Positions 11,035-21,301 of a stretch of DNA of 64,000 bases are shown one piece after another. This stretch comes from Candidatus Spongiisociaceae bacterium (GTDB lineage Bacteria; Actinomycetota; Acidimicrobiia; Spongiisociales; Spongiisociaceae): the NCBI GenBank assembly GCA_965262915.1, contig OZ253564.1, positions 4,128,001-4,192,000 of the forward strand, read 5' to 3'. Under the pieces are notes generated by a model. The model had not been told where the DNA came from. It was given only the letters and a program-made list of their open reading frames with translations, and ran no database searches. The position numbers and the translations under genes were made by a program. Each line of letters opens with the position of its first letter. Position 1 is the first letter of the stretch.

Positions 11035-11113
11035 TAGTGGCTGATGGCCGGGGAAGTCAAACTCGCGCCACCGGTTGACAAGGAGAGTTCGGGGAACGAG
11101 ACTCGCGGCTGAC

Positions 11114-11146
11114 ATGACACACCTCACCGGGATCATTATCGACTAG
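11114..11146 (+). CDS. Putative Ile-rich attenuator leader peptide MTHLTGIIID
   Basis: ATG ACA CAC CTC ACC GGG ATC ATT ATC GAC TAG, followed by hairpins and a terminator upstream of cimA. Confidence 0.75.
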   Translation: MTHLTGIIID

Positions 11147-11179
11147 GGGCATCGGGACCCGGATGATCCCATGCCCCCG

Positions 11180-11210
11180 ACCCTGCGCTCCGGCGGAGGG
11201 TTTTTTCTTT
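11180..11210 (+). terminator. Intrinsic terminator of cimA leader
   Basis: ACCCTGCGC-TCCG-GCGGAGGGT stem (one mismatch) followed by a T-rich tract, 50 nt before the cimA start. Confidence 0.8.
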
Positions 11211-11260
11211 GCCCGTACGACTTGGCAACGGTAAAGGTGACAAGGACGGGAGAGGCGACG

Positions 11261-12832
11261 ATGGCACATCCACAGCTCGAGATATACGACACCACCCTAC
11301 GCGACGGCGCCCAGCAGGAGGGCATATCCCTGACCGTCTCCGACAAGCTCCGCATCGCAGCCCTTCTCGACGAGCTCGGGGTCGCCTATGTAGAAGGCGG
11401 CTGGCCGGGCGCCAACCCCAAGGACAGCGAGTTCTTCAAGCGAGCCCGCTCGGAACTGGACCTCAGGACAGCTTCGCTGACGGCCTTCTCCTCGACCCGA
11501 CGACCCCGCGGGGTCGTCGAAGGGGATCCCCAGATGCTCAACCTGCTGGAGGCCGAGACCGAGGTGGTGTGCATCGTCGGCAAGGCGTGGGACTACCACG
11601 TCAGGGAGGCACTGCGAACCGACCTCGACGAGGGAGTCGCAATGGTGGCCGAGTCGGTCGCCTACCTGGCCCGCCACGGTCGGCGGGTGTTCTTCGACGC
11701 CGAGCACTTCTTCGACGGCTACGCCGCCAATCCCCGCTTCTCGCTGGCCGTGCTGCGGGCGGCCTACGAGGAGGGGGCCGACCGGCTGGTGCTGTGCGAT
11801 ACCAACGGGGGGCGCCTCGGTCCGGAGATAACCGGCACGGTGCGGCGGGTTCAGGAGGCTCTTCCCGACGCGGAGCTCGGAGTGCATTTCCACAACGACG
11901 CCGGATGCGCGGTGTCGTCGTCGCTGGCTGCCGTGGACCTCGGGGTACGTCAGGTGCAGGGGTGCATCAACGGTTACGGGGAACGCACCGGCAACGCCGA
12001 CCTCTCGACCATCCTCCCCGACCTGGTGCTCAAGATGGGAGTTACGGTGCTCGACCCCGTGCGGCTGGAGAACCTGTCGCCTATCGCCCACCATATCGCC
12101 GAGATCGTCAACATCAGCCTCGATCCCCATAGCCCCTACGTGGGCACATCGGCTTTCACCCACAAGGCGGGCCTCCACACCTCCGCCCTGGCTCGACGGC
12201 CCGACGCCTACGAGCACCAGGACCCGACCGTGGTCGGCAACCGGACCCGGATGGTCGTCTCCGAGCTGTCCGGCAAGGCAACCATCCTCTCGAAGGCCCG
12301 GGACCTGGGGGTCCGGCTGACGGACCGTCAAGCCATCGAGGTACTCGACGAGATCAAACACATGGAGCACCGCGGCTACCACTTCGAAGCGGCCGACGGC
12401 TCCTTCGAGCTGATGCTGCGGCGAGCCACCGGATGGACGCACGATTACTTCGAACTGGAGTCCTTCCGTGTGTTCACCGAGCGCCGGGCCGATGCCGAGA
12501 TCCTGGCCGAAGCAACCGTGCGGCTGGTCATCCGAGGAGTGAGGACCATCACGACCGGGGAGGGAAACGGTCCGGTCAACGCTCTCGACCATGCTCTGAG
12601 GGATGCTCTGCTCGCGCACTTCCCGGAACTGGCCGCCCTGCGGCTCACCAACTACCGGGTGAGGGTGCTCGACGCAACCGAATCGACGGCCGCAACCGTT
12701 CGCGTGTTCATCGAGATGAGCGATGGCGTGACCGCCTGGGGCACCATCGGGGTTCACGCCAACGTCATCGAAGCCTCCTGGGAGGCCTTGGAAGACGGGA
12801 TCGTGCTCGGCCTGCTCCGAGCCGGGGCGTAA
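11261..12832 (+). CDS. cimA: Citramalate synthase
   Basis: YDTTLRDGAQQEG, EGGWPGANPKD, FFDAEHFFDG, LCDTNGG, HFHND, FEAADGSFEL, GNGPVNALD. Confidence 0.92.
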   Translation: MAHPQLEIYDTTLRDGAQQEGISLTVSDKLRIAALLDELGVAYVEGGWPGANPKDSEFFKRARSELDLRTASLTAFSSTRRPRGVVEGDPQMLNLLEAETEVVCIVGKAWDYHVREALRTDLDEGVAMVAESVAYLARHGRRVFFDAEHFFDGYAANPRFSLAVLRAAYEEGADRLVLCDTNGGRLGPEITGTVRRVQEALPDAELGVHFHNDAGCAVSSSLAAVDLGVRQVQGCINGYGERTGNADLSTILPDLVLKMGVTVLDPVRLENLSPIAHHIAEIVNISLDPHSPYVGTSAFTHKAGLHTSALARRPDAYEHQDPTVVGNRTRMVVSELSGKATILSKARDLGVRLTDRQAIEVLDEIKHMEHRGYHFEAADGSFELMLRRATGWTHDYFELESFRVFTERRADAEILAEATVRLVIRGVRTITTGEGNGPVNALDHALRDALLAHFPELAALRLTNYRVRVLDATESTAATVRVFIEMSDGVTAWGTIGVHANVIEASWEALEDGIVLGLLRAGA

Positions 12833-12901
12833 GCCGGTGCCGGTGGGTCGACGGCTAACGTCTCCGGTCAACATGGACCGAACCCACCGAGGACCGTCGC
12901 G

Positions 12902-13675
12902 GTGAGTGCGGGCCCCGCGGTTCCCGAGTCACTACTCGAGGAGGCCGGCGATCTGGCCCGGCGGGCCGGGCATCTCACCCTGGAGTGGTACCGGCCGTCC
13001 GTCGAGGTGGTGATCAAACGGGACGGAAGCCCGGTGACCGAGGCCGACCGGGCAGCCGAGCACCTGCTCCGGCGTGAACTCACGGAGCGCTACCCACGGG
13101 ACGCGATCATCGGCGAGGAACTCGGGCAGTCCGGTGGCGACTCGGGCCGGACCTGGTTCATCGATCCGATAGACGGGACCCAGTCGTTCATCCGGGGCGT
13201 CCCGCTGTTCGCCACCCTGCTGGCCCTGGAAGACACCCACGGGATCGCCATAGGCGTGATCGACCTCCCGGCATTGGGCGAGACGGTCACCGCCGGCCGG
13301 GGTCAGGGGTGCTTCCTCAACGGGCGCGCCATATCCGTCAGCGACCGGAACGAACTCGAGGGGTCCGTCCTGTGTACCAGCGGCTACGATCTCATCCCCG
13401 TGGATGTGGCCGAGCGCCTCTACCGCAGCCCGCTCATCCTCCGTGGTTGGGGCGATGCCTACGGCTATGCGCTGGTAGCGGCGGGCCGCATCGAAGCCAT
13501 GCTCGATCCGGTGGTGAAACCCTGGGATATCGCTCCGATGGCGGTGATCATCCCGGAAGCGGGCGGAACCTTCACCGACTGCCACGGCGAGCAGGACTTC
13601 CGGTCCGGTACAGGCTTGGCGACCAACGGATTGCTACACGACGGGATCCTGTCGATCGTCGGCGACCCCGCCTGA
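12902..13675 (+). CDS. Inositol monophosphatase family, HisN-like histidinol-phosphatase
   Basis: DGSPVTEAD, GEE, IDPIDGT, RGWGDAYGY, WDIA. Confidence 0.85.
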   Translation: MSAGPAVPESLLEEAGDLARRAGHLTLEWYRPSVEVVIKRDGSPVTEADRAAEHLLRRELTERYPRDAIIGEELGQSGGDSGRTWFIDPIDGTQSFIRGVPLFATLLALEDTHGIAIGVIDLPALGETVTAGRGQGCFLNGRAISVSDRNELEGSVLCTSGYDLIPVDVAERLYRSPLILRGWGDAYGYALVAAGRIEAMLDPVVKPWDIAPMAVIIPEAGGTFTDCHGEQDFRSGTGLATNGLLHDGILSIVGDPA

Positions 13676-13910
13676 CCGACAACCGATCGCTGGCCACCCT
13701 AGGAGGGCTTGCCCGCCACGGGCAAGGGCTGTCGGCGGGCCGGCTTGAGCTTGCCCTCAACCGGACCGGCATCTCACCGGCGGGTAGGAGCCGCTCGCCC
13801 CTGCGGTCCCCCGGACACTCGACCAGGAACCTCCCGACCGGTGGCTGCCCCAACCGGATCCTGATACCGCCCGGCCGCTCCACCAGCCACCGAACGGTAC
13901 GATCGCTTCC

Positions 13911-15215
13911 GTGGTACACGAAGCCGTGCTCCTGGGCGCCGGACAACGGGGTCGGCATGTCTACGGCGCCTACGCCTCGCGCAAACCGGACCGGCTACGT
14001 TTCGTTGCGGTCGCCGAACCGGACGACCAGCGGCGCCGGATCTTCGCAGAGGAACACGCCATCCCCACCTCCCGCCGGTTCGCCGACTGGCCCGAGATGC
14101 TGGATACCGAGCCGGCCCGCGCCTGGGTCATCGCCACACCCGACCGGCACCACGCAGCACCGGCCGTCGCCGCCCTGGGACAGGGTTTCGATGTGCTGCT
14201 CGAGAAACCGGGAGCCCATAGCCTGCGACAGTGCTCCAGGGTGCTGGAAGCCGCCCGACTCAGCTCCGGAAGCCTGACCGTCGGCCATGTGCTCCGCTAC
14301 ACCCCTTTCTTCACCACCCTGAACCGGTTGATCGGTTCGGGCCGTCTGGGCCGATTGATCACGGTCGAGCACCGGGAGGACATCGCTTACTGGCACATGG
14401 CCCACAGTTTCGTGCGCGGGAACTGGGCACGGGTCGGCGAGTCCACACCGATGATCGTCCAGAAGTGCTGCCACGACTTCGACATCCTTGCCTGGAACCT
14501 CGCTACCGCGGGCGAAGGTACACGGGTGACCGGAATGCAGTCCTTCGGCTCCATGATGCATTTCCGTCCCGAACATGCCCCGGCCGGAGCCGCTGCTAGA
14601 TGCACGGACCCCTGCCCCGTGGCGTCCACCTGCCCCTTCGATGCCAGTCGGCTCTACCTGGATCCGGTGCACACGGGTTGGCCTGTCCATGCGATCACCG
14701 ACGACCTGTCCCCGCAAGGACGAATACGCGCCCTTCGCGAAGGCCCTTACGGACGATGCGTCTACACGACCGGCTCGGATGTGGTCGATCACCAGACCGT
14801 GACGATGGAAACGTCCACGGGAGCGACCGCCGTCCTCGTGATGAACGGTCACGCCGCCCGCCAGGAACGGACGGCCCGGTACCACGGCACTCGAGGGTCG
14901 GTAGTCGCCACGTTCGGGAGCCGCCTGGCAATCGAGTTTACCGATCATCTGGGAGGCGCCACCCACCAGCTTCCAATATCTGCTGCCGGGGAAGGTCACG
15001 CCGGGGGCGATTCCGGCTTGATCGAAGCGTTTCTCGACTCGGTGGAAACAGGAGCGTCCTCGAAGACCTCGACCGAGACATGGTTCGAGAGCCACCTGCT
15101 CGCCTTTGCCGCGGAGCAGTCCCGGCTCACGAGTACAACCCTCAACATCGACCGCATGCGCTCCGACCTGGGGAACCCGAGCTTCGACTCTTCGACACCA
15201 ACCACCGGCCCCTGA
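13911..15215 (+). CDS. Gfo/Idh/MocA family oxidoreductase
   Basis: GAGQRG, ATPDRHH, LLEKP, HSFVRGNW, KCCHDFD. Confidence 0.9.
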   Translation: MVHEAVLLGAGQRGRHVYGAYASRKPDRLRFVAVAEPDDQRRRIFAEEHAIPTSRRFADWPEMLDTEPARAWVIATPDRHHAAPAVAALGQGFDVLLEKPGAHSLRQCSRVLEAARLSSGSLTVGHVLRYTPFFTTLNRLIGSGRLGRLITVEHREDIAYWHMAHSFVRGNWARVGESTPMIVQKCCHDFDILAWNLATAGEGTRVTGMQSFGSMMHFRPEHAPAGAAARCTDPCPVASTCPFDASRLYLDPVHTGWPVHAITDDLSPQGRIRALREGPYGRCVYTTGSDVVDHQTVTMETSTGATAVLVMNGHAARQERTARYHGTRGSVVATFGSRLAIEFTDHLGGATHQLPISAAGEGHAGGDSGLIEAFLDSVETGASSKTSTETWFESHLLAFAAEQSRLTSTTLNIDRMRSDLGNPSFDSSTPTTGP

Positions 15216-15443
15216 TGGGGCATCGTCGGACCTTTGTATCCACCGATCCTGCCGGCCCGTAGTCGAAGTCGGCAACGCGGTGTCTTGTGTCATCTCGCGA
15301 GTTGCGGGGTTTGCAGGTAGTCGAGTTCCCATGTGTCTACCCGCTGAACCCACGGCTTCGGGAACTCAACACGAACCACAAGCACCAAGACCGGCGAACG
15401 ACCCGCTCGTCCCCCGCTGCCCAGCCGTCGGGCCCCGGTCAAA

Positions 15444-17375
15444 CCCGACTTTGGTGGGTGTTTTGTGTTTTGCCTGGTCAGGGGGGTTTGGTGGTGGCGT
15501 GTTTCCACTACATGGGCGGTGTGGGCGGCTGGTGGTGGGGTTAGGTGATCGTGGCTTTGTCCCAGGTGTGGGTGTCTGCTCCGATGGCGGTGAGGGTACG
15601 GGCTTGTAGGGGGCTGCGCCGGGTGGTGAGTGTGATTCGGCGGCCGTTGGCTGTGAGTTGGTGGCGGCGGATGCGGTTGAGGTCGCGCAGGGCTCGGGCG
15701 GCGGTGAGGTGTTGGTCGCCGAGGTCGGGGTCGCGGACGTCGGCTTGGGCGAGGGCGTGGTTGATGAGGGTCTCGATTAGGGCGGCGTAGACGCAGACAG
15801 CGACGTGGCCGCGGACTCGTTGTTCGGTCCAGTGCCGCACCGGGCGGAGCCGTAGGTGATCTTTGAGGACCCGGAAGCGGGCTTCGACTGCTTGCAGTTG
15901 GCGGTAGTAGTCCACGACTTGGGCGGTGTCAGCTTGGGTGGGTGTGAGGCTGGTAGCTAGCACGTAGCGGCCGGCGAGGAGTTCTTCGTATTGGTGGGCG
16001 TCTTCGTTGTAGTGGTATAGGAAGCGGCCCGCTCCGATGTCTGTGTCGAAGAGCCGTGCGGCGCCGCCGGAGGCGAGGATGCGCTGGGCGGCTGCCCCTA
16101 TTTTGGCGGGGTCTTTGAGCCTGCCTGCACGGACGCGGCCCTCCAGCGCCCGGAGTTTGGCTTCGGTGTCGGCGACGATCTGCGTTGTGCGGGCGGTGTC
16201 TCGCCGGGCGCGGGCGTCGGATTCGACCACGACCGCGCGGGTGCCGTCGTCGAGCGCCACATCGGCGGCGCGGCAGCGGCGCTGGGGGATTTGGACCCAG
16301 GCGGTGTCATCGTCGATGGCTTCGAGGGCTTCGACGCCGATGACGTCACGGCGCAGCTTTGTGGCCAATATGTGGTCGAACCCGGCGTCGGTGACCGCTT
16401 CTACATTGGCTACCGAGATCAGGCCCCGGTCGGCGACCACACAGATACGGCCCACCGCGAACCGCTCCGCCAAGTCGCCCAACACGGCGGCCAGGGTGGT
16501 GGCGTCGTTGGTGTTCCCCGAAAACACCCGATGGGCAATCGGGATACCGTCGGAGGTGCACAACAGGCCGATCACTATCTGGGGCCGATCCGCGCGATGG
16601 TCCCGCGAGTACCCGAACGCCCGGGAGGGGAAACGCCCCGAGGGCCGGGCCGAACCCTCGAAATACGTGGACGCCAGGTCGTAGCACACCACCCGCAAGT
16701 CCAGGTTCGTCAAGTCGCACAACCGCGCATACAGATGCGTCTCCGTCTCGTCTCCGGCGGCGGCGGCGACCGCATCCAAAGCCCGATAGTACTGGTCAAG
16801 CGACGGAGCCGACCAGCCCTCGGGCATGACCACATCCACCGCGGCCCACTCCACCAGCCGCCGCTTCGAGCACGGCGCCACCAACCTATTGGCCACCATC
16901 GCGAACACCGCATCCTCCAACACGGCGGCGCCCCGCCGGGCACCCACCGCAGCGAACCACCCGTCAAGACCCAGCCGCTGCCACACCGCCCACACCGCCG
17001 CTACCGCCCCCACCCCAGGCGCCCCTTCAGCTGCCAACGCCCCGACATCGACACGTTCACGCCGTAGATGACGCTCCAAGGCAGCCACGATCCGTTCCAG
17101 CTGCCCGGACTCGCGCAAAGCGGTCACCTCCCCCAGGCGCAGAAGCGTGCGATGCCCAACCTTCGAACCGTCGCGGACGGACTCCACCAAAGACAAATAC
17201 TCGTACACCTTGTCGCCCCTGCGACGGCGGGTCGTCTTCACGAACATACCCCAGAACAATACCACTAACAGCACGGCCCACCAACCATATGTCGCCCCTA
17301 CAAATCCGCACCCAAACGGTGCCCTACACCACAAAACCCCAGGTCAGCGAACCAACCACTCCCGCCAAACTCGGG
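15444..17375 (-). mobile_element. IS1634-family insertion sequence
   Basis: TIR CCCGACTTTGGTGGG / CCCGAGTTTGGCGGG; 5-bp direct repeat TCAAA at 15439-15443 and 17376-17380. Confidence 0.88.
15541..17247 (-). CDS. IS1634-family transposase
   Basis: MFVKTT..YLSLVESVR, YDLASTYFEG, GYSRDHRADRPQ, VADRG, VEARFRVLK, LRPVRH. Confidence 0.93.
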   Translation of the reverse strand: MFVKTTRRRRGDKVYEYLSLVESVRDGSKVGHRTLLRLGEVTALRESGQLERIVAALERHLRRERVDVGALAAEGAPGVGAVAAVWAVWQRLGLDGWFAAVGARRGAAVLEDAVFAMVANRLVAPCSKRRLVEWAAVDVVMPEGWSAPSLDQYYRALDAVAAAAGDETETHLYARLCDLTNLDLRVVCYDLASTYFEGSARPSGRFPSRAFGYSRDHRADRPQIVIGLLCTSDGIPIAHRVFSGNTNDATTLAAVLGDLAERFAVGRICVVADRGLISVANVEAVTDAGFDHILATKLRRDVIGVEALEAIDDDTAWVQIPQRRCRAADVALDDGTRAVVVESDARARRDTARTTQIVADTEAKLRALEGRVRAGRLKDPAKIGAAAQRILASGGAARLFDTDIGAGRFLYHYNEDAHQYEELLAGRYVLATSLTPTQADTAQVVDYYRQLQAVEARFRVLKDHLRLRPVRHWTEQRVRGHVAVCVYAALIETLINHALAQADVRDPDLGDQHLTAARALRDLNRIRRHQLTANGRRITLTTRRSPLQARTLTAIGADTHTWDKATIT

Positions 17376-17553
17376 TCAAAGCAGCTACCGACAACACCCC
17401 GGATGCCGAGCCCTCAACAGTCAGGCACCGGTTTCCGCATCAACATCGCGAAGATGCCGGGGTCGCAAAGGCCCCAGCCTCGGCCCGTGGTCAACACTCT
17501 GAACGGTTGCGGGGACCCGCATTACCAACTCGCTCGATCAAGAAGACCTCATC

Positions 17554-18935
17554 CTACGAGGGGTTTGATGATGATGACGTCGTCGTGGATGAGGGTGTCG
17601 TGAACGTTTCGATGTCTGTCCACTCCGAGTAGCCAGCGGTGTTCCAAGCCTGAACCTGCACCGTGAACTCCGTGCCGAAAGTGGCAGCCATATACGTGAT
17701 CTCGAACTCGGTTTCACCTTCGTAACTGTACGTATAGTATCCTGCCGTCGAACCATCGGAGCGTGTCGACCTCAGTAACAGGTAGTAACGGTATACCTCA
17801 CCGCCCGTCTCCGCAGCATCCCACGTTATCAACCACCTGTCCCCGTCCTGTTCCAAAGCAACGTTCGCGGGTGTCTCGGGCAGCCCACCCACCGGTGGAG
17901 GCAACTCCGTCGTCTTGTCGGGTCCCTGGTACACCGCACCCGACTCGACGAGGAAGTCCCGCAGCTCGTTGGCGTCATCAACCAGATCCGGCAGGTCGCT
18001 GTCCTCACCTATCCGCCCGTCATACTCATCGTCCCTTTCGACTGCGGCCGCTTTGATCTTGGTCACCAGCTCCACCAAAGGTATGTCAAGGTTGTTCCGC
18101 TGCTCCTCGGTCCGTGCGTATTCGATGTCGGATGCGACCGCCCTGACCGCACCCTGGTCGGGCCGCTGAACGAACCACACATCCGCGGTTCCAAAGTTAC
18201 CGCCCCATGCCTCCACCGCGATCGTGAAACTCGGTTCCAGGAACAACACAACCTCGTTGCCCTCGTAAACCGCCGCGGTCCTCCCTTCCGGGTCGCGGAC
18301 AATGTTGGTGAGCCAGCCGTCCTTCCAGTTGTCCCAATCCTCAAGCTGGTCCTCACTGATAATCAACCCTTCACGGTGCAACTCGACTGTCAGTTCGGAT
18401 GGCCCCGTTCCTACTATGTACTCGTTCACCCTCACATTCACATAACAGCTGTACCAGTACCTACTGGAAGATGCTGAGATCTCGGCATGATCCGCCAGGA
18501 TCAGCGGATACAAGCCACATCGGGTAGTATCCTCCAACACAGTGGCCCGAACCACAATATGGGTAATCGTCAGCGGGTCATAGCCCATGACGGCATCGGA
18601 AACCGTCGGTGGATCATCCTCGGTCGGCAGAGCGGCAGAGAAGCGGGGGTGGACAGTACTGCAACCCGCTGGGGTGTCGTCCTAGCACACGGATCATGGG
18701 AGCTTCCCCCTAACGGAACACAAGGAGGGATCACCTTCTCAAGATACGACACCGGAACAAGGAACACCTCTTCCGGCTCCCGCGGGCCTACGACCTGATC
18801 CTCAATGGCTCCCTGTGTAGCCTCTGGTACGGAGAGGGTAGTGTCAGCCGGGTCCCTGTCTACGGTCGCCTCGCCACAGGCTGACACAACAAACACAACC
18901 ATGACCCCGCACATCCACCGGTAGATCCGTCTCAT
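17554..18935 (-). pseudogene. Lipoprotein with C-terminal fibronectin type III domain, frameshifted near 18600-18640
   Basis: 18570-18935 has signal peptide plus lipobox (VSAC); 17554-18588 ends with FN3 pattern P..PANV...ITW...Y...F.VQVQAWN.AG.S. Confidence 0.7.
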
Positions 18936-18950
18936 CCGGCTCCTCCTTGT

Positions 18951-19570
18951 TCAGCGTAACTGGTAGATGGCTTTGGTTGCTGCTATGTCATGAGCGGTCG
19001 GCTCAAAATTGTCGTACATGCTACTTGACATCACGCTCGGCCAGAGACCATACGAGCTGCTGGTGGGGGTACTGTAAGTATCGAATAGCCAGAAGGCGTG
19101 GCCCATTTCATGCATAGCAACCACGTACGCCGCCGTACATGTAGCCGTCGTGAGTTCGTTCTCGTAGTCTAAGTTCTTGGTGAGGATTATTTTCGTAGAC
19201 CGGATAGGTACGGTATTAGGCGGCCAATTACTAACACATCCAGGGACACTAAGCTGGCCACAATGCTTGGTGGATACATGATCGGTCTTCCAATAAGAGG
19301 GTGCGCGGATAGGTGCTCACGTGGGGACACAGTGACTGCGACGGTCGACGACCCTGAGGTATAACCAGCAGTTTCTCCGCGTGGGAACTGCCTAGGAGTT
19401 ACGGATAGGGGTGGTCGCGTCCGCCTATCCGCGCACCCTCTAACTAGGCGGCATTAGCTGGCCACAATGCTTGGTGGATACTCCCACAACCATAACCAGC
19501 AGTTTCTCCGCGTGGGAACTGCCTAGGATACGATCCGCGGCATTATCTCCCAACCAATCGAGGCTAACCG
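18951..19570 (-). pseudogene. Metzincin/matrixin-like metalloprotease remnant
   Basis: Manual translation: VAMHEMGHAFWLFD...SVM...PTAHDIAATKAIYQLR*; 5' part disrupted by a duplication/insertion. Confidence 0.7.
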
Positions 19571-19611
19571 GGGAGGTTCACACTGGACTCCGGGGAGGTT
19601 CACACTGGACT
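19568..19611 (+). repeat. Perfect 22-bp tandem duplication
   Basis: CCGGGGAGGTTCACACTGGACT x2. Confidence 0.9.
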
Positions 19612-20147
19612 CAGTATCCGCCCAATCCGAGCAGGTACCGGACCATCCGGGCGGTGGCGCCCCAGAGGACATCGCCATCGATGTCGAAGAAGTAGACCGC
19701 TCGGCCGTTCCATTGCTCGCTACGCCAGCGTGATTCTTCCTCGAGGAGCCTGATGGAGGGCGTGAGGATCCGATCCACCTCGTTGGGATCGGGTACCAGA
19801 TCGGGAACACCGTCCAACCGTCCCACAACCGGGACCACCATGCGTGGATAGGTGACGGTGTGGATGGCGGGCAGATAGCCGAGGACTTCCACGCCTTCCG
19901 GGTCGATCCCCACCTCTTCACGGGCCTCGCGCAGCGCAGTCTCGAGCGGGCCCTCGCCCGGTTCGGGCTTCCCTCCGGGGAAAGCGACATCCCCGCCGTG
20001 GGTCGGCATGTGAACGGGCCGCCTGATCATAACCAGCCGGATGTCGGGCCCGTCCTCGTAGAGCGGCGCGAGGACGGCAGCCCGCGGCACATCGCCACCG
20101 GGTGGCGGCTCCGGAAGGAGCCGCGGGAAGTTCCAAGGGTTATTCAT
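19611..20147 (-). CDS. Nudix hydrolase, CoA pyrophosphatase type
   Basis: AAVL, HGGDVAFPGG, ALREAREEVG, LWGATA. Confidence 0.92.
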   Translation of the reverse strand: MNNPWNFPRLLPEPPPGGDVPRAAVLAPLYEDGPDIRLVMIRRPVHMPTHGGDVAFPGGKPEPGEGPLETALREAREEVGIDPEGVEVLGYLPAIHTVTYPRMVVPVVGRLDGVPDLVPDPNEVDRILTPSIRLLEEESRWRSEQWNGRAVYFFDIDGDVLWGATARMVRYLLGLGGY

Positions 20148-20234
20148 CGATCACGCATGGTACGCCAACCTGTCGACAGTGGTCCGCGCTCACGCTCGCC
20201 CTGGACCGGTCCGACCGGATAGGCTCGCCCTGAC

Positions 20235-20831
20235 ATGAACCGATCCGCGCGGGAACCGCTGTCTCTTATCGACCGCAAGACCGACCGTTTCGTGCTGCGC
20301 CCATTCCGGAGACGGGACATCGACGCGCTCTACCGGGCCGTCCGCGCCTCCCAGGCCGAGTTGGCCCGCTTCCTTCCGTGGGCCGCCAGAACCTATACGA
20401 GAGCCAGCGCCGCCATTTTCGTAAAGGAGAGCATCCAGTCCTGGCGCGAGGCCAGAGCATACGACTTCGCCATCCGCCGCCCCGACATCCGCGGCCGCCA
20501 CATCGGCAACGTGAGCATCTGGCACGTATCCCGAACCTTCCGCAGCGGAGAGATCGGCTACTGGATCCGCACCGAGGAGACCGGCCTGGGTATAGCTACC
20601 GAGGTGACCAGGGCAGCCCTGCAGATCGGTTTCGAGGAACTGAACATGCACCGTCTGATCCTCCGCATAGCACTGGGCAACTCCCCCAGCGAGCGCATAG
20701 CGCGCAAGCTCGGCTTCGTTCGCGAAGGAGTGCTACGCGAGGAGATCAAGGTAGGAGATCGCTGGCTCGACCACTCCGTATGGGGCCTGCTCGACCATGA
20801 GTACCGCCGTAACAACGGCGCCAAGCCATGA
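20235..20831 (+). CDS. RimJ/RimL-family GNAT acetyltransferase
   Basis: GEIGYW, GLGIATE, N.PSERIARKLGF.REG.LR. Confidence 0.9.
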   Translation: MNRSAREPLSLIDRKTDRFVLRPFRRRDIDALYRAVRASQAELARFLPWAARTYTRASAAIFVKESIQSWREARAYDFAIRRPDIRGRHIGNVSIWHVSRTFRSGEIGYWIRTEETGLGIATEVTRAALQIGFEELNMHRLILRIALGNSPSERIARKLGFVREGVLREEIKVGDRWLDHSVWGLLDHEYRRNNGAKP

Positions 20832-20866
20832 GCCCGGTCGCAGAGAGTCGATTCGATCGTCTGTGT

Positions 20867-21082
20867 CTAGCTAGGCTGCTCCGCCAGGTTGTTCGTCTCG
20901 ACCGGGTAGCTGCGAACGTGAGCCAATATCTCGCTCCGGAAGAACTTGAAGGTCCTCCCGCCCGGGAGGCGGTAGGCCGGGAGCCGTCCCTCCCGGGCAT
21001 ACTTCCGCACCATCTGTACGTTCATGTCCAAAAGGTCAGCCACCTCTTGGGCGCCGAGGATTACATCGTCTTCGGGTGCCAT
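20867..21082 (-). CDS. Excisionase/BldC-like HTH DNA-binding protein
   Basis: EVADLLDMNVQMVRKYAREGRLPAYRLPGG. Confidence 0.85.
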   Translation of the reverse strand: MAPEDDVILGAQEVADLLDMNVQMVRKYAREGRLPAYRLPGGRTFKFFRSEILAHVRSYPVETNNLAEQPS

Positions 21083-21301
21083 CTCACTTCCCCTTTCCGC
21101 AGGTCCAACCCTGCCTACCGGTATCTGAACCAGTTCGGGCCGATTCCTTCACCGCCGCCGCACACGGGGACGGTGCTTCAAGGACCACCCTCGACGGATA
21201 GCCCGACCTCTACGCGAACCAAGAATAGTTTACCTTACTTCTCGGCTGTCCGAACAGATGCTCGATGGAATTCGCGCCACCTGGCGGGCAGACTGTAGCG
21301 G

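Noticed and set aside
20867-21082. Excisionase-like HTH as a prophage marker
   Set aside because: Lies among housekeeping genes with no integrase or phage genes; more likely a BldC-like regulator
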